Source: Octopus sinensis (lineage: Eukaryota). Taken from it: a stretch of DNA of 64,000 nt. The stretch covers positions 2,976,001 to 3,040,000 of the forward strand of contig NC_043004.1 of the NCBI RefSeq assembly GCF_006345805.1, given 5' to 3'. Shown piece by piece: positions 11,291-23,278 of this stretch; the stretch's first letter is position 1, and the number at the start of each line of letters is the position of its first letter. The notes beneath the pieces are model-generated. The model saw only the letters and a program-made list of their open reading frames with translations, did no database searches and was not told where the DNA came from. A program made the translations under genes and the position numbers.

Positions 11291-13294
11291 CAGTAGTTTC
11301 ATTTTTATAGCGTGCTTTCACTTCACTACCGAGCGCAGCTCTGTGTGCCTTGGGTATGTGCTGTGATTTGTTGTGATGCTCTGATGTTTACTGTATGGAA
11401 AGTGTTCTGCGTAGGATGTGTGCAGTGCCTAGTAGTGCAATTTTCTGTATGTTATATGTGTTTGTAAGTCCTGGTGTTTTTGTTATGTATTTGTCTGAAT
11501 ATTTTTTTATCATGCCTAATGCACCTACTATGATAGGAATTGTTTCTGTTTTTAGTTTCCACATTCTAGTTACCTCTATTTCCAGGTCTTTGCATTTTGA
11601 AAGTTTCTCCATTTCTTTTAGAGACACGTTGTCATCAGCTGGTATTGATACATCAATTAGAAAGCATTTTTTTTTCTTCATGATCTCTGACAACTATATC
11701 TGGTCTGTTGGCCTTAATTTATCTATCTGTGTGTATTGGCATATCCCAGAGTATGGTTGCTTTCTCGTTTTCTGTGACCTTTTCTGGTGTGTGCCTATAC
11801 CATCTTTTTTCTGTTGTTATTCCATAATGTTGGCATAGCTTCCAGTGTATGTAGCTTCCAACTCTGTCGTGTCTGTGAATAAATTCCTTCTTAGCCTGGA
11901 CTGGGCAGCCAGAGATAATATGATTTATTGTTTCTTGTCCATCTCCACATATTCTGCATTTACTTGTTATATTTCTTTTCATTACATGATTTTGGTAATT
12001 TCTGGTGAGGAGGCTTTGGTCTGTGCTGCAATTAAAAATCCCTCTGTCTCTGCTTTGAGTCTTGAGCTTCTCAACCACTGCTGGGATGTTTCTTTGTCTA
12101 TTTCTTTTGCATTTAGTTTAGTCCAGTACTTGCAATGAAGGGGCTTTTCTTGCCATCGCTTTATCATGGTCCGTTGCTGTTCTAGTTTTAGTTTTGATTT
12201 CATTTGCTTTATAGCTTTTGTTGTGTTTTCTTCTTCTTCTTCTTCTTCTTCTTCTTCTTCTTCTTCTTCTTCTTCTTCTTCTTCTTCTTCTTCTTCTTCT
12301 TCTTCTTCTTCTTCTTCTTCTTCATAATTGTTAGGTGGTATGATTTCTTTTTTGTATTTGTCAGCTTCCTTAAATACTGAGAACAGTATTTTGTTTTGCT
12401 CGTGTTTTGCCGCTATTTGTATCAGTTTTCCTTCCTTCTGAAGTAGATATTTTTGCAGTCTTATGGTGGTTATTTTATAGTAGTTTTCCAGCCTTATAAG
12501 GCCTCTACCACCTTCTATACGTTGTATATATTAGCCTTTCTATGTCAGATTTTGGGTGATGCATCCTAGATCCTGTCGTTATTTTTCTTGTTTTCCTATC
12601 TATTTCGGTCAGTTCATTTAGCGTCCAGTTAAGGATATTGTAGCTGTAACTTATAACTGGGACGGCTAAATTGTTAATACCTATTATCTTGTTTTTAGCA
12701 TTGAGCTCTGTTTTTAGTATTGATCTAACTCGTCTATAATATTCTTTCTTTATTTTCTCTTTCATTTGTGTGTGTTGTGTGATATCTATTTCATGGATTC
12801 CTAAATATTTGTAAGTTTGGCTTTGGTCTAATTCTCTTATATCATTGGCTTTGTCTAGTTTGATGTTGCTACTCTTAACTAGTTTTCCTCTTTTCACAGT
12901 TACTTTGGCGCATTTTTCTAATCCAAATTTCATATATATTTCTTTGGTGAATCCATGAACTGTCTTTAATAGTGTTTCCAGCTGATTGTCATTTGTAGCG
13001 TATAGTTTTAGGTCATCCATATATAAAAGGTGGCTGATCGTTTTACCGTAAAATTTATATCCGCATCCAGTTCTATTTAGCATATCAGATAGAGGTGACA
13101 GTGCCAAGCAGAAAAGGAGTGGAGAGAGCGTGTCTCCCTGGAATATTCCTCTTCTAATGGGGATGGCTTTAGTTTTCACGAGTCATTGGGATGGCTTTGG
13201 TTTTCACGAGTCATGGGGATGGCTTTGGTTTTCACGAGTCATGGGGATGGCTTTGGTTTTCGCGAGTCATGGGGATGGCTTTGGTTTTCACGAG
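11291..13294 (-). mobile_element. 5'-truncated R4/Dong-clade LINE (RT, CCHC knuckle, REL endonuclease), frameshifted, inserted in (TAA)n
   Basis: GIFQGDTLSPLLFC, HLLYMDDLKLY, CRICGDGQETINHIISGC..RHDRV, ILWDMPIHTDR, LIDVSIPAD, QKIALLGTAHILRR; (TTA)n on both sides (11193-11290, 13294-13320). Confidence 0.9.
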
Positions 13295-13479
13295 TTATTA
13301 TTATTATTATTATTATTATTGTTGTTGTTGTTGTTGTGTTGTTGTTGTTATCGTCATCATCATTATTTTTATATTTTAGACAAGTTTTAGCATCCAGTCA
13401 TCAGTGTTTTTCAGGTAAGTGTTCAGGTAAATTCCAGCAATCTTCATTATTAATTTCATTTGTAAAAGTCCACGGTCAC

Positions 13480-13968
13480 CTATTTCTTCCACGTACTTCT
13501 GGAGATTTTTGCTCACTGTTCTCAGGGCTCCGACGATTATTGGTACCACTACCACCATTTTCATCGACCACAACTGCTTTACCTCCCAAACTAACTTGTC
13601 ATATTTACCGATTTTTCTTTCTTCCTTATCGCATACCTTGTTGTCAGCTGGGCAAGCTATGTCTATGATCCAGGATAGTTTACTTTCTTTCTCAATTAAG
13701 ACTATGTCTGGCTTCCTATTCTCTATCTCATGGTCACACTGAATCATAAAATCCCACAGGATCATTGCATTATCATTTTCGATGATGCCTTCGGGTTTTT
13801 GACCGTACCAATTATTTTCTCTCTCAGATCCATATTGTTGCAAAGTGTCCAATGAACAATCCTTGCTATATTGTCGTGGCGTATCTTATATTCCTTCTGG
13901 GATAGTGGCGTACATTAACTGGTAATATGCCATACGGTTTCACCATTTTGTCCACAGATTCTGCACTG
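13480..13968 (-). mobile_element. Second R4/Dong-clade fragment (REL endonuclease region), different subfamily
   Basis: CRICGQNGETVWHI..RHDNIARIVHW, ILWDFMIQCDHEIENRKPDIV..IIDIACPAD..VVVVPIIVGAL; abuts (TTA)n at 13969-13996. Confidence 0.85.
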
Positions 13969-13996
13969 ATTATTATTATTATTATTATTATTATTG

Positions 13997-14550
13997 AGTG
14001 ACAGAGCTGGGCATGCCATCAAAGTGACACTAGGGTAAAATATACGAAGCCCAGTATACCCATCATGACTACCCGTCTGATAAGGGTGCACTAGTTACAT
14101 GCATCACAACGATATGTGCGCGACATGGTGATCTCATATCAAGATAAACAGCATATGACCTTGCAGGTGGGGCCCAGTTCGAATTTTCTTCTGGTTGAGT
14201 AATCCATCCTGCTCAAAAGGTCCCTGAATAAGGGTTGTTTAGGGATGCTGAACGAAACACCCATGTTTCCAAATATGAATTATTCAAACCCCAAAGAATT
14301 TTTTCAACACATGGCTATGATGCTCCCCCACTACTTCTGCTCTTGATCAGAGATGCACATATCGTCAGCCACAAAGGACATGCTCAACTGGCTACGGTCG
14401 AACAACTGACAAGAAAAGATGAGGTATTGAGCAGAATATTTGCTGTAGCCCATCTTATATACTAAGTCAAAACAACGTACATGATAACACTTCCAATCAG
14501 TTAAGACAAGAAGCCATGAGAACCACTGCCTGGTACTGCATCTGGGCATT
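13997..14550. mobile_element. ~550-bp insert between (TTA)n tracts, probable non-autonomous retroposon
   Basis: Higher-complexity, GC-richer block precisely bounded by (TTA)n on both sides; no recognisable protein motif. Confidence 0.35.
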
Positions 14551-14556
14551 TATTAT

Positions 14557-14670
<114 letters not shown>

Positions 14671-15294
14671 TGTTTCCCTGTGACTTTCTGTCTTATGGAA
14701 AGTAGTCTGCTATAGTTACATTGGGTCTCATTCTCGATTTTCAAACATTTCATATACATGTGTGTGTGTATGTATGTATTAATGTATGTATGTATGTATG
14801 TATGTATACACACACACATATTCATAGATACACATGTGTTTGGCTAGTTGTTTCCACTTAAGTGCCCTGTTTCAACTTGTTAAGTACAAATTTCGTCAAC
14901 CATGCGATCATTACGCAACAATATAACGATCGTTAAAGTAATTGCAATGATATGAATAAAGCATTTCATCGGGGACTCAATTCGGAATTAGAAAACCAAA
15001 CCTCAGTGCTGTTGACTCAAAGATTCGTTGAATTCGCGTGATAAACTTTGTTTATCTTTAAATTACCGAATCTTTTGATATCCAGTTCATTTCTCTTAGC
15101 TTACAGAAAATCAATAACAATGCTAAATCCACATTGAACTGATTAAAATGATTGAACATCCATTAACAATTCCCTTCCTATATAATCGAGTTTGGGTATT
15201 TTTCTTTCCTTCTCTATAGTCTGATTTTGAAAAAAAAAAGTTTTACCAAACTGATCTTAGAAATCTCACAACGAGAGATATTCAGCAACAGTAC

Positions 15295-15560
15295 TTTGGA
15301 GTAAATATTATTTGCCAATATAACATGGCAGTCCTGGTTTAGGAAGAATGTTGCTGTAATTTATCCCCAGGAGACATCGTCTCCAGCTGACTATACGACA
15401 CAATCTGTGGAGGTGCTAGATTCCCTTGTTCGAAAATATAAGGACACAGATCGTGTCGTATAGCCAGCTGGAGACAACGTCTCCTGGGGCTAAATTACAG
15501 CAACATTCTTCCTAAACCAGGACTGCCATGTTATGTTGGCATACAATCTTTACTACAAAC
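15295..15560. repeat. Inverted repeat with ~115-bp arms and ~35-bp spacer
   Basis: 15313-15409 is close to the reverse complement of 15445-15541 (CATGGCAGTCCTGGTTTAGGAAGAATGTTGCTGTAATTTA / TAAATTACAGCAACATTCTTCCTAAACCAGGACTGCCATG). Confidence 0.9.
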
Positions 15561-15689
15561 TGATCTTCTTGCTGCCGCTTTCTCTTCGATTTACACGAGG
15601 AATTTTCTTCAGAAACTTAGAGACAGGGGGGAAAATGACAGAAGCATTCAACGTTACACTTGAGTAACAATGTCATAAACGAGTAAAAA

Positions 15690-17180
15690 CCAGCGGAGAG
15701 CTATGAATACCTAGGGGTATTTGAAGGTGGAATTACAACCGTGTTTCGTGGTCTGCTACCACAACAGCTCCTTTATAGGATCCAATTAGCTCAAGACATC
15801 ATCAGGAGGAACCACGTCCGGTTTCGGCCCCTACTCCTCTACCGTTTTGACGTGGCGGGGCCCCCCTTTCGGAGGTGTCTTCAGCTCTGGTGTTGGGTGC
15901 ATGTCTTCTTTCTTCTTCTTTCTTCTGTTCCCTGGCCTCTTCGATGTGTCGTCAGCGAGTGTCAGCCTGTGACTGACTGTCTTGTCAAAATTCTCCCTTT
16001 ATATACCTGCTGCATATGCTCCAGCAGTCAGCCCCAGCAAGTTGTCGCGTGACACCGTCTCACCTTAACTGACTAGTGAAGGCGCGTAGTTTTAGCCCGC
16101 GCTTTTTCTAAACGACTGTTACCTGTCAGTCAGCGAAGCTGATTCAGTCAGCTTGTCTCACCTAATGATGTTATTTTCCGTCGGCGTGTTTATGACTTTC
16201 AAGCCATTTTCGGTCTTCACGCTTCAGCCATATATAGAAGCTGGCTTTTACGACCGCTTCCTCTACTCTCCTTATTAGTTTACGCAGCTCGGGGCTAGAA
16301 AAAACAAATCTTCTTTTGAAAAGCGTTGTCATTTTCTTTTCAATGTAGCCTCTAGCCCCATTGCCAGGTGATAATATTCGACATTCCATCTCTGTTCTCT
16401 GCATTCTTTGATTAGCTTTTCATACCTCTTCTCCTTTCGTTCCTCTGCATTGCCGATGTTCTCTTCCCAAGGTACTGTCAGTTCTAGTAAAATTCCCATT
16501 CTCCGGTCTCTGTTCCATAGAACTAAATCCGGTCTTTTTGTTGTTTTTATTAGTGGAAATACTACTTGTCTTTCCAAGTCCGTGGCCACCTCCCAGTATC
16601 CCTTCCATCTTTCGTCTATCTCGTATACTTTACTTGTAGGCCTGGTTTTATAACCTTTTCCCTCCTTGTGGAAGTATACTTTCCTGCGCTTTTCTACTTT
16701 TGGGTACTCTCCCCTATTGTACCTCTCGATCTTCTCCTTGAGTGCTACGCTTATGACACCGAGGACTTGATTATGCCGCCATGTATAGCTTTCAAGTGCT
16801 AGTCTGCAACTTGACAGAACATGTCTAACCGTCGCTTTCTCTCCGCATCTACACTCATCGGTTTTGTTTATGTTCCACCGGACTAAGTTCGCCGGTGAGG
16901 GTAGAACGTCGAAGGTAGACTTGATCAGGAAGGATGTTCTTGCTTGTTCCCAAGCCCACAGTTCCTTCCATGATATTCTGCGGTTGATCACATATTCCTC
17001 CCATCTCAGGCACTGTCCCTGTTGACTGCATTGCACCAAATGTACATTTCCCCTTTCTTCTTCCTCTTTTCTCACTTCGTATACCACGGCCTCTTTCATC
17101 TCTTTTACACTGCTCTTGCAAAATGGCCTGAAATTTTGCGACCCTAGGCCGGTTCTAGCTTCTTGCGTATTTGAAGGTGA
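15690..17180 (-). mobile_element. HERO-like non-LTR retrotransposon 3' part (zinc knuckle, REL endonuclease, 3' UTR)
   Basis: ORF 16329-17219: SFLIKSTFDVLPSPANLVRW..CRCGEKATVRHVLSSCRLAL..YTWRHNQVL..RPDLVLW..LLELTVPWEENI; continues by frameshift into 16171-16404 (SFYIWLKRE). Confidence 0.85.
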
Positions 17181-17325
17181 TGAAATCAAACATTCAATGA
17201 TGAGGGAAAAGATCATCAAAGAATGCTATCGCAGGATGAGGGAAATGCTCAAGCCAGAGCTGAACGCAAGAAACAGGATCGAAGTGATCAATACTTTAGC
17301 TATACCGGTCTTGACTTACAGTTTC
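17180..17325 (+). mobile_element. Short R4/Dong RT-thumb fragment
   Basis: IKHSMMREKIIKECYRRMREMLKPELNARNRIEVINTLAIPVLTYSF, similar to KEYYRRVRSILKTELNAKNKI..LAVPVISYS at 12.6-12.8 kb. Confidence 0.75.
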
Positions 17326-17679
17326 CCTTCGTTTCGCAGTAGAACTTCCATCTGAAATGTTTGTGTCAATCAAAATAAGAACTCAATCACTTTCCCACCA
17401 TAAAAACCTCTCACTGGAGTCATAAACCCAAGTGACCATAAAGGATGTCGTTTGCAGCGTCACTTATCTCACACGCTTTCAACCAAGAGAACTGAGTTAG
17501 TCTTCTTGCGCTGTGTTATACTTGTACTATCACAGAAACATTACAAAAATCTTCGCTTTTGCATTGACAAGCGTTGCATGAACTCTTTAGTGTTGGTTAT
17601 TTGAGGAATACCGTCTCTCAACAGTTTCAATGAAGGTGCTCACAAGTGCTTTGCCAAATGTTGTCAACATTTCTTTTAT

Positions 17680-17880
17680 TCTTTCATTCGTTTCAGACAT
17701 TTGACTGTGGCCATGCTGGAGCACTGCTTTTAGTTGAACAAATCGAACTCCTAGACTTATTCTTTGTAAGTCTAGTACTTATTCTATCGGTCCCTTTTGC
17801 CGAACCACTAAGTTACGGGGAACTAAACACACCAACATCAATTGTCAAGCGATGGTGGGGGACAAACACAAGCACACCAA
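17680..17880 (-). mobile_element. SINE 3' half (family of 1340-1735)
   Basis: TTTGACTGTGGCCATGCTGGAGCAC..TACTTATTCTATCGGTC..GTCAAGCGATGGTGGGGGACAAAC. Confidence 0.8.
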
Positions 17881-17916
17881 CATACACACACACACACAAA
17901 CACACACACACACGCA

Positions 17917-17983
<67 letters not shown>

Positions 17984-18125
17984 TAGTAGTAACATCTATT
18001 TCTGAGTTACTAAAATATCGCCGTCGAAGACTAAAACAAAGGCAAACAAAAACACTATAAAAATTCAAAGTTGGTAACTCTTCCTTCAATCCTGGTTGTT
18101 AGAAATACACATAAATATATATATA

Positions 18126-18502
18126 CAAGCAGTATCGCCCGGCGTTGCTCGGGTTTGTTTCAACCCTTTAGAATTAGAATTTTTGAAAAATAAACATTTT
18201 GCATTATGTAGCTTGTTATTCTCTTTAAGTGAACATTTTTCTGGTTGAAATACACCGAAAAATGGCGACACAGCAGTCAAAAAATCGTACAAAAATAGGG
18301 ATGTTCATAGGAAAAAAAAGCACCTTTTTGATGTAAATAATTTTTGGTGTTAACATGGTTTGATTTGAATTATTACTTCTACGGAAGGAAGAGCAAGCCT
18401 TCTATCATACTCTCAATTTTGGTCAACTTGCGCCGCGGGGTCTTGGAGGAGATAGTGTTAGTTGAACGCTACCAAACCTGGCATACACAGACAACCTCAG
18501 CT

Positions 18503-18512
<10 letters not shown>
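18126..18512 (-). mobile_element. Non-autonomous Helitron-like element
   Basis: Minus strand starts TATATATATAAGCTGAGGTTGTC and ends with hairpin CCCGAGCAACGCCGGG followed by CGATACTG-CTTG (CTRR-like terminus). Confidence 0.65.
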
Positions 18513-18579
<67 letters not shown>

Positions 18580-18587
18580 TGTGTGTG

Positions 18588-18627
<40 letters not shown>

Positions 18628-19454
18628 GTGTGTGTGTATATCATGCGCAGCTACCAACACACACATGTATATGTATGTGTGTTTCTACATACATGTAAGC
18701 ACGTCGGTATTCACATTACAAAGTAGCAAAAAACAGGAAAGAAAATAAATATTAAAAAACATCCTATTTTTTTCCATGAATTTTTTTTTACTACAAAATA
18801 CGACATTTTTCTCTCTCCTTTAGAAAGTAATAAACGCGTAAGTTGATAGGAGAGACAAATCATTGACTGGACAAGCTAACTCGGCTTTCTATTAATAACT
18901 TTGTGAACGTGGAACGTGCTAATGTCGAAACTCTGCCCATTCTTGTTATTGATATCCTTGTTTGACATGACAATACTATATTCCCTGCAGCTATCATTCA
19001 ATGGAAGATAGTTTTGCCACCAATTTTATTCAACGAAACAACCTCAAGCAGTCACTCAATCTGCTAGAAATATCAACCAAATTTACCTATTGTCTTAAAA
19101 TAGGAAGGACGTGTTATTTATATATATATATTAGATTCACTTTATCAAATAAATAAAAAAAAAGACAGCGTTGATAGGAAAGTCTATTAACGCGCTGCCG
19201 TAAACTAGCAGGTTTTTCACGGGACCATATTATTTCATAACTAATATTTGTAACTTTACAACCTATTGTACGACATCTAGATTTGTCCTGAACAAAAGCA
19301 GACATTATTAAACTGGCCAACTAATGTAGACAGACACGCCTAAACTAAACCTCATGTGCGATCCCTTTTAAGCACGTATTTCAATCAAATGCTAACATGT
19401 TTTTCTTACCTTAAATCTTTGCGTCCTTCGTAAATTGCTTGTATAGTATACATT

Positions 19455-19494
<40 letters not shown>

Positions 19495-19608
19495 AAACAT
19501 ATTATAGACAGTATTATATCTATCTATGGTCATCTTTTCCCAATTAAACACACGCACTCTTTATTTGACCATCACTTTGTTTTTATTTTTATTAGTTTTA
19601 GTTTATTT

Positions 19609-19651
19609 GTCGAAGTTCTTTCGTCACACATTCTGGGACCTCTTCAGCGAC
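19609..19651 (-). ncRNA. Minimal hammerhead ribozyme motif
   Basis: Minus strand: GTCG CTGAAGA G GTC ccagaatgtgt GAC GAA AG aa CT T CGAC, followed by AATAAA. Confidence 0.55.
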
Positions 19652-19680
19652 TTTCGGTTCTCAAGTGTCTCTACTTGTGT

Positions 19681-19753
19681 TACATTATTTACATTGGACG
19701 GACATGTGTCCTCATCTTGTTTGGACACACATCCGTCCAATGTAAATAATGTA
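19681..19753. repeat. Hairpin with ~31-bp arms made from the end of the pseudo-LTR family at 30.1-30.5 kb
   Basis: TACATTATTTACATTGGACGGA / TCCGTCCAATGTAAATAATGTA perfect 22-bp inverted repeat, extendable to an 11-nt loop. Confidence 0.85.
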
Positions 19754-19807
19754 CAGAATTCCTCATCTCTAAAGTATAGTCCACTTGTGCTGTTCCATTT
19801 TGTCATA

Positions 19808-20260
19808 AATGGAATACGCACGGTAATAGAATAGGCACGACGATGGAATAGGCACGGCAATGGAATGAATAGGCACGGTAATGGAATAGGCACGTCAATG
19901 GAATAGGCACGACGATTGAATAGGCACGGCAAGGGAATAGGCACGACGATTGAATAGGCACGGCAAGGGAATAGGCAGGTTAATGGAATAGGCATGGCAA
20001 TGGAATAAGCACGGCAATGAAATAGGCACGCCTATGGAATAGGTAGGTTAATGGAATAGGCACGACAATGGAATAGGCACGGCAATGGAATGGGCACGGC
20101 AATAGAATAGGCAGGTTAATGGAATAGGCATGGCAATGGAATAGGCAGGTTAATGGAATAGGCACGACAATGGAATAGGCACGGCAATGGAATAGGCATG
20201 ACAATGGAATAGGCACGGCAATGGAATAGGCACGGCAATGGAATAGGTACAGCAATGGAA
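19808..20260. repeat. 17-bp minisatellite (AATGGAATAGGCACGGC), about 26 copies
   Basis: Direct reading; variation concentrated in the last 4 nt. Confidence 0.9.
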
Positions 20261-21399
20261 CAGCTTCGACCTATTGTTTCGCTGATACTTTATTTTATCG
20301 ATCTCCGAAGGATGAAAGGTGAAGCTGAACTCAACGGGATTAGAACTCCGAAAGAGAAAGAGACCCGTAACTGAACACCACTTTGTACTCAGTAATTTCC
20401 TACATTCTAACCAATCAGCCAAACCACCGCCCAACAATTCTGTGTTAACATGATGTAATCGAAAAGTACCTCAGCAACTACAACGAACAAACCATCTTTA
20501 ATGCTACCTAAATTGGCCAATGACATTTCTTCAGTTGTTCAATATTTTTATGTCATCTTCTCATAGATTGGAATATTTTGCTCTTTGCAACAGCAACTGG
20601 CAACATTTGATACAATTAATGTTATAGACATTCATTCCTGTAGACTTTCCATTCGCCATTGTTTTCTTTTATTTCTTGGTCGAAATTATATTCCTTTACC
20701 CTCTAGGAGAAAGAGAAATGACTACAAATCAAATCATTAAATGTTTAATATAACCAACCCGAATTTATTCCTATGATTCTACGTGACAAATTACAAAATT
20801 AAATAGAAATGACCATTTACTTAGCATTTATTTGATTTGATTATTTTTACCTAGAAAAACATGTCCAGGTGTTGGGAGTAATGTTAACAAAATTACACAA
20901 AACCTTTATTGAGAAAAAGGAAAGAATTTCTCTGTCCACAAATAAAAGTAGATTGAATCAGAAATGTTAAACGATCAATAAATTTCAATTACAAATTAGT
21001 GATTTCGTTTGAATATCCACCATACAGCCGCAGGACTAGCAGGCTTCGAAGTGTAGGAGTATGCTTAGCAACGTGATTCCCGGTTTCGATCTCATTGCAT
21101 GGCACTTTGGACAAATGTTTCGATCATTTATCGATTTCTATCGGCCTAAGATACGAAGATTGTTGTGGAAACTGGGATACACGTACTTTATGAATAAAGT
21201 TCCTTGTGAATTTCACTATCAGAGATGCTTGGATAAGCAAAAAGGCCATTCAGAATCCTGTAATAAACAACGCTGTTGTTATACACAAATTGTAAAAATA
21301 AAATAAACAGAATGAAATCAATATTTTGTTTGAAGACGTCGAACTGGCGGCATCGTTGCGGCACCGGGAAAAGTGCTTAGCGGCACGATTTCCGTTATT

Positions 21400-21570
21400 A
21401 AGGCGTAGGTGTGGCTGCACGGTAAGAAGGTTGCTTCCAAACCACATCGTTTCGCGTTCAGTTCCACTGAGAGACACCTTCGACAGGTGTATTCTACTAT
21501 AGCCTCGAGTCGATCAAAGCCTTGTGAGTGGATTTGGTAGACGGAAACTCAAAGAGGCCCATTGTATATA
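21400..21570 (+). mobile_element. SINE 5' half (family of 1340-1735)
   Basis: GGTAAGAAGGTTGCTTCCAAACCACAT..TACTATAGCCTCGAGTCGATCAAAGCCTTGTGAGTGGATTTGGTAGACGGAAACT. Confidence 0.75.
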
Positions 21571-21612
21571 TATATATATTTGTGTGTTTGTATGTGTGTG
21601 TGTGTGCATGTA

Positions 21613-21711
<99 letters not shown>

Positions 21712-22389
21712 ATATATATATATATTAACAATAATACTTTGTTGGGTGCATAAAATCATAACTCCATGAATGTATGATATTCTCAGTCAGAAATATTTTT
21801 GCAAAATTGTAATATATGGGGCTTACTATGCTTTTGAAAAATGCTAAACCGTTCTACTACACTTCGAAAATTTTCATCTGAAGCAGCTGGAGATACGATA
21901 GTTTGACCAAAGGAACTGGCTATTGCAAGCAAAATTAAATATACTTTTCTACTCTAGGCACAAGGCCTGACATTTTTGGAGGAGGGGAGCCAGTCGCCCC
22001 CTGTACGGAACTGGCACTTATTTATCGACCCATTTGCTTATCCAAGTTGGTATGTTTATGTCCCTGTGACTTAGTGATTCGGTAAAAGAGACAGGCTTAA
22101 TAAAAATGTAAGTAGTGAGATCTATTCATTCGACAAAGAGAAAATTCTTCAAGCCGGTGCCCCAGCATGGCCATAGTCTAAAGATTGAAACCAATAAAAG
22201 ATAAAAGATATCGTAATATCACTGAGCTTTTGAATACACGCACACATGTTGCTGTTGTCATTACTGTTGTTCTTCCCAAGATCGGCCTTGATCGTGCACA
22301 TTTTATAATGACAATCCACCCATGACCTTCACATCTTTCTGGATTATTATATAAACACATATATTATCATATTTACCCCCTGTGTCCAC

Positions 22390-22485
22390 TTGGCGAGCTG
22401 GCAGAAACGTTAGCGTGCCGGGCGAAATGCCTTGCGGTATTTTGTCTGCCGTTAAGTTCTGAGTTCAAATTCCGCCGAGGTCGGA
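22390..22485 (+). mobile_element. tRNA-like head of the Nin/Deu-type SINE
   Basis: GGCGAGCTGGCAGAAACGTTAGC..GAGTTCAAATTCCGCCGAGGTCG. Confidence 0.75.
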
Positions 22486-22599
22486 TATTAAGGGAATTTA
22501 GCTATTATATTGTGTGTGTGTGTGTGTGTGATAGCAAACTGAAGTTCATCTCAAACTCTGAAATAATTTTTCATGAAAAATTACCTAAAATAAACAAAA

Positions 22600-22900
22600 T
22601 CTTGAGTGCGTATTCCACGTAATTCGGTTTATCCCGATCAACAGAATAGCCAGCTCGTACAAGTGACTGAGCTCTCCACAACCACGCGTGACCTCAACGG
22701 GTGTCTCGGAGAGATTCAGCGCGACACAGAGTGTGACAGGGGCTGGCCCTTTGACTCCAGGTACAACTTATTTTTCCCAGCTGAGCAACGTTAAAAAAAA
22801 AGGGTCCGTTGCTCCAGTAGGCAACGCACCGCCAAGAATGGAACTCACAGCCTTACGATCGCGATCCAAATATCGTCAGCAGTAAGCCACGAGCCTTCAC
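22600..22900 (-). mobile_element. Diverged tRNA-SINE related to 54660-54995
   Basis: GAGATTCAGCGCGACACAGAGTGTGACAGGGGCTGGCCC matches the reverse complement of GGGCCAGTCTTGTCACATACTGTGTCGCGCTGATTCTC. Confidence 0.6.
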
Positions 22901-23278
22901 TGATATAAAGAATCATGAAAACACAACAAACAAAATGGAGAGAGAGAGAGAGATGAAACGACATGTTTGTTACTTAGAAGCCAAGTCAAAACAATTGTTG
23001 AACAAGAGAACAGAAGACAAACGCTAGTGTTGATCTAAACTGTGGCGATGCTATTAAATTATGTTGCCAACAAGTGAATGTCACGGTTAGCGTCAAATCG
23101 CTGACCTTTTTCAATTCAATTTTGGCTACAAAAAGACAAAAAAAAAAGTAGGCTTCCGAGTAGAGTATAACGCTTTGACAAAGTCATCAACTTAACATAA
23201 ATCAATAGGAATTTCGAAAGTTTATTGATATTTCTATTAACTTGTTTAGTTTATCAGTAATTCTGTGCAGGCTTAGTG

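Noticed and set aside
15790-15890. Hammerhead words CTGAAGA, CTGATGA and GAAAC on the minus strand of the HERO 3' UTR
   Set aside because: Could not build stems I-III in a valid topology (only 4 nt between the cleavage triplet and the core; stem II unpaired)
19808-20260. CRISPR-like appearance of short direct repeats (also 54430-54514 and 13158-13294)
   Set aside because: Units are contiguous with no unique spacers, no cas genes are present, and the context is eukaryotic
22390-22485. tRNA genes at SINE heads (also 54660-54730 and 60893-60960)
   Set aside because: A/B boxes present but no complete cloverleaf; each continues into SINE body sequence
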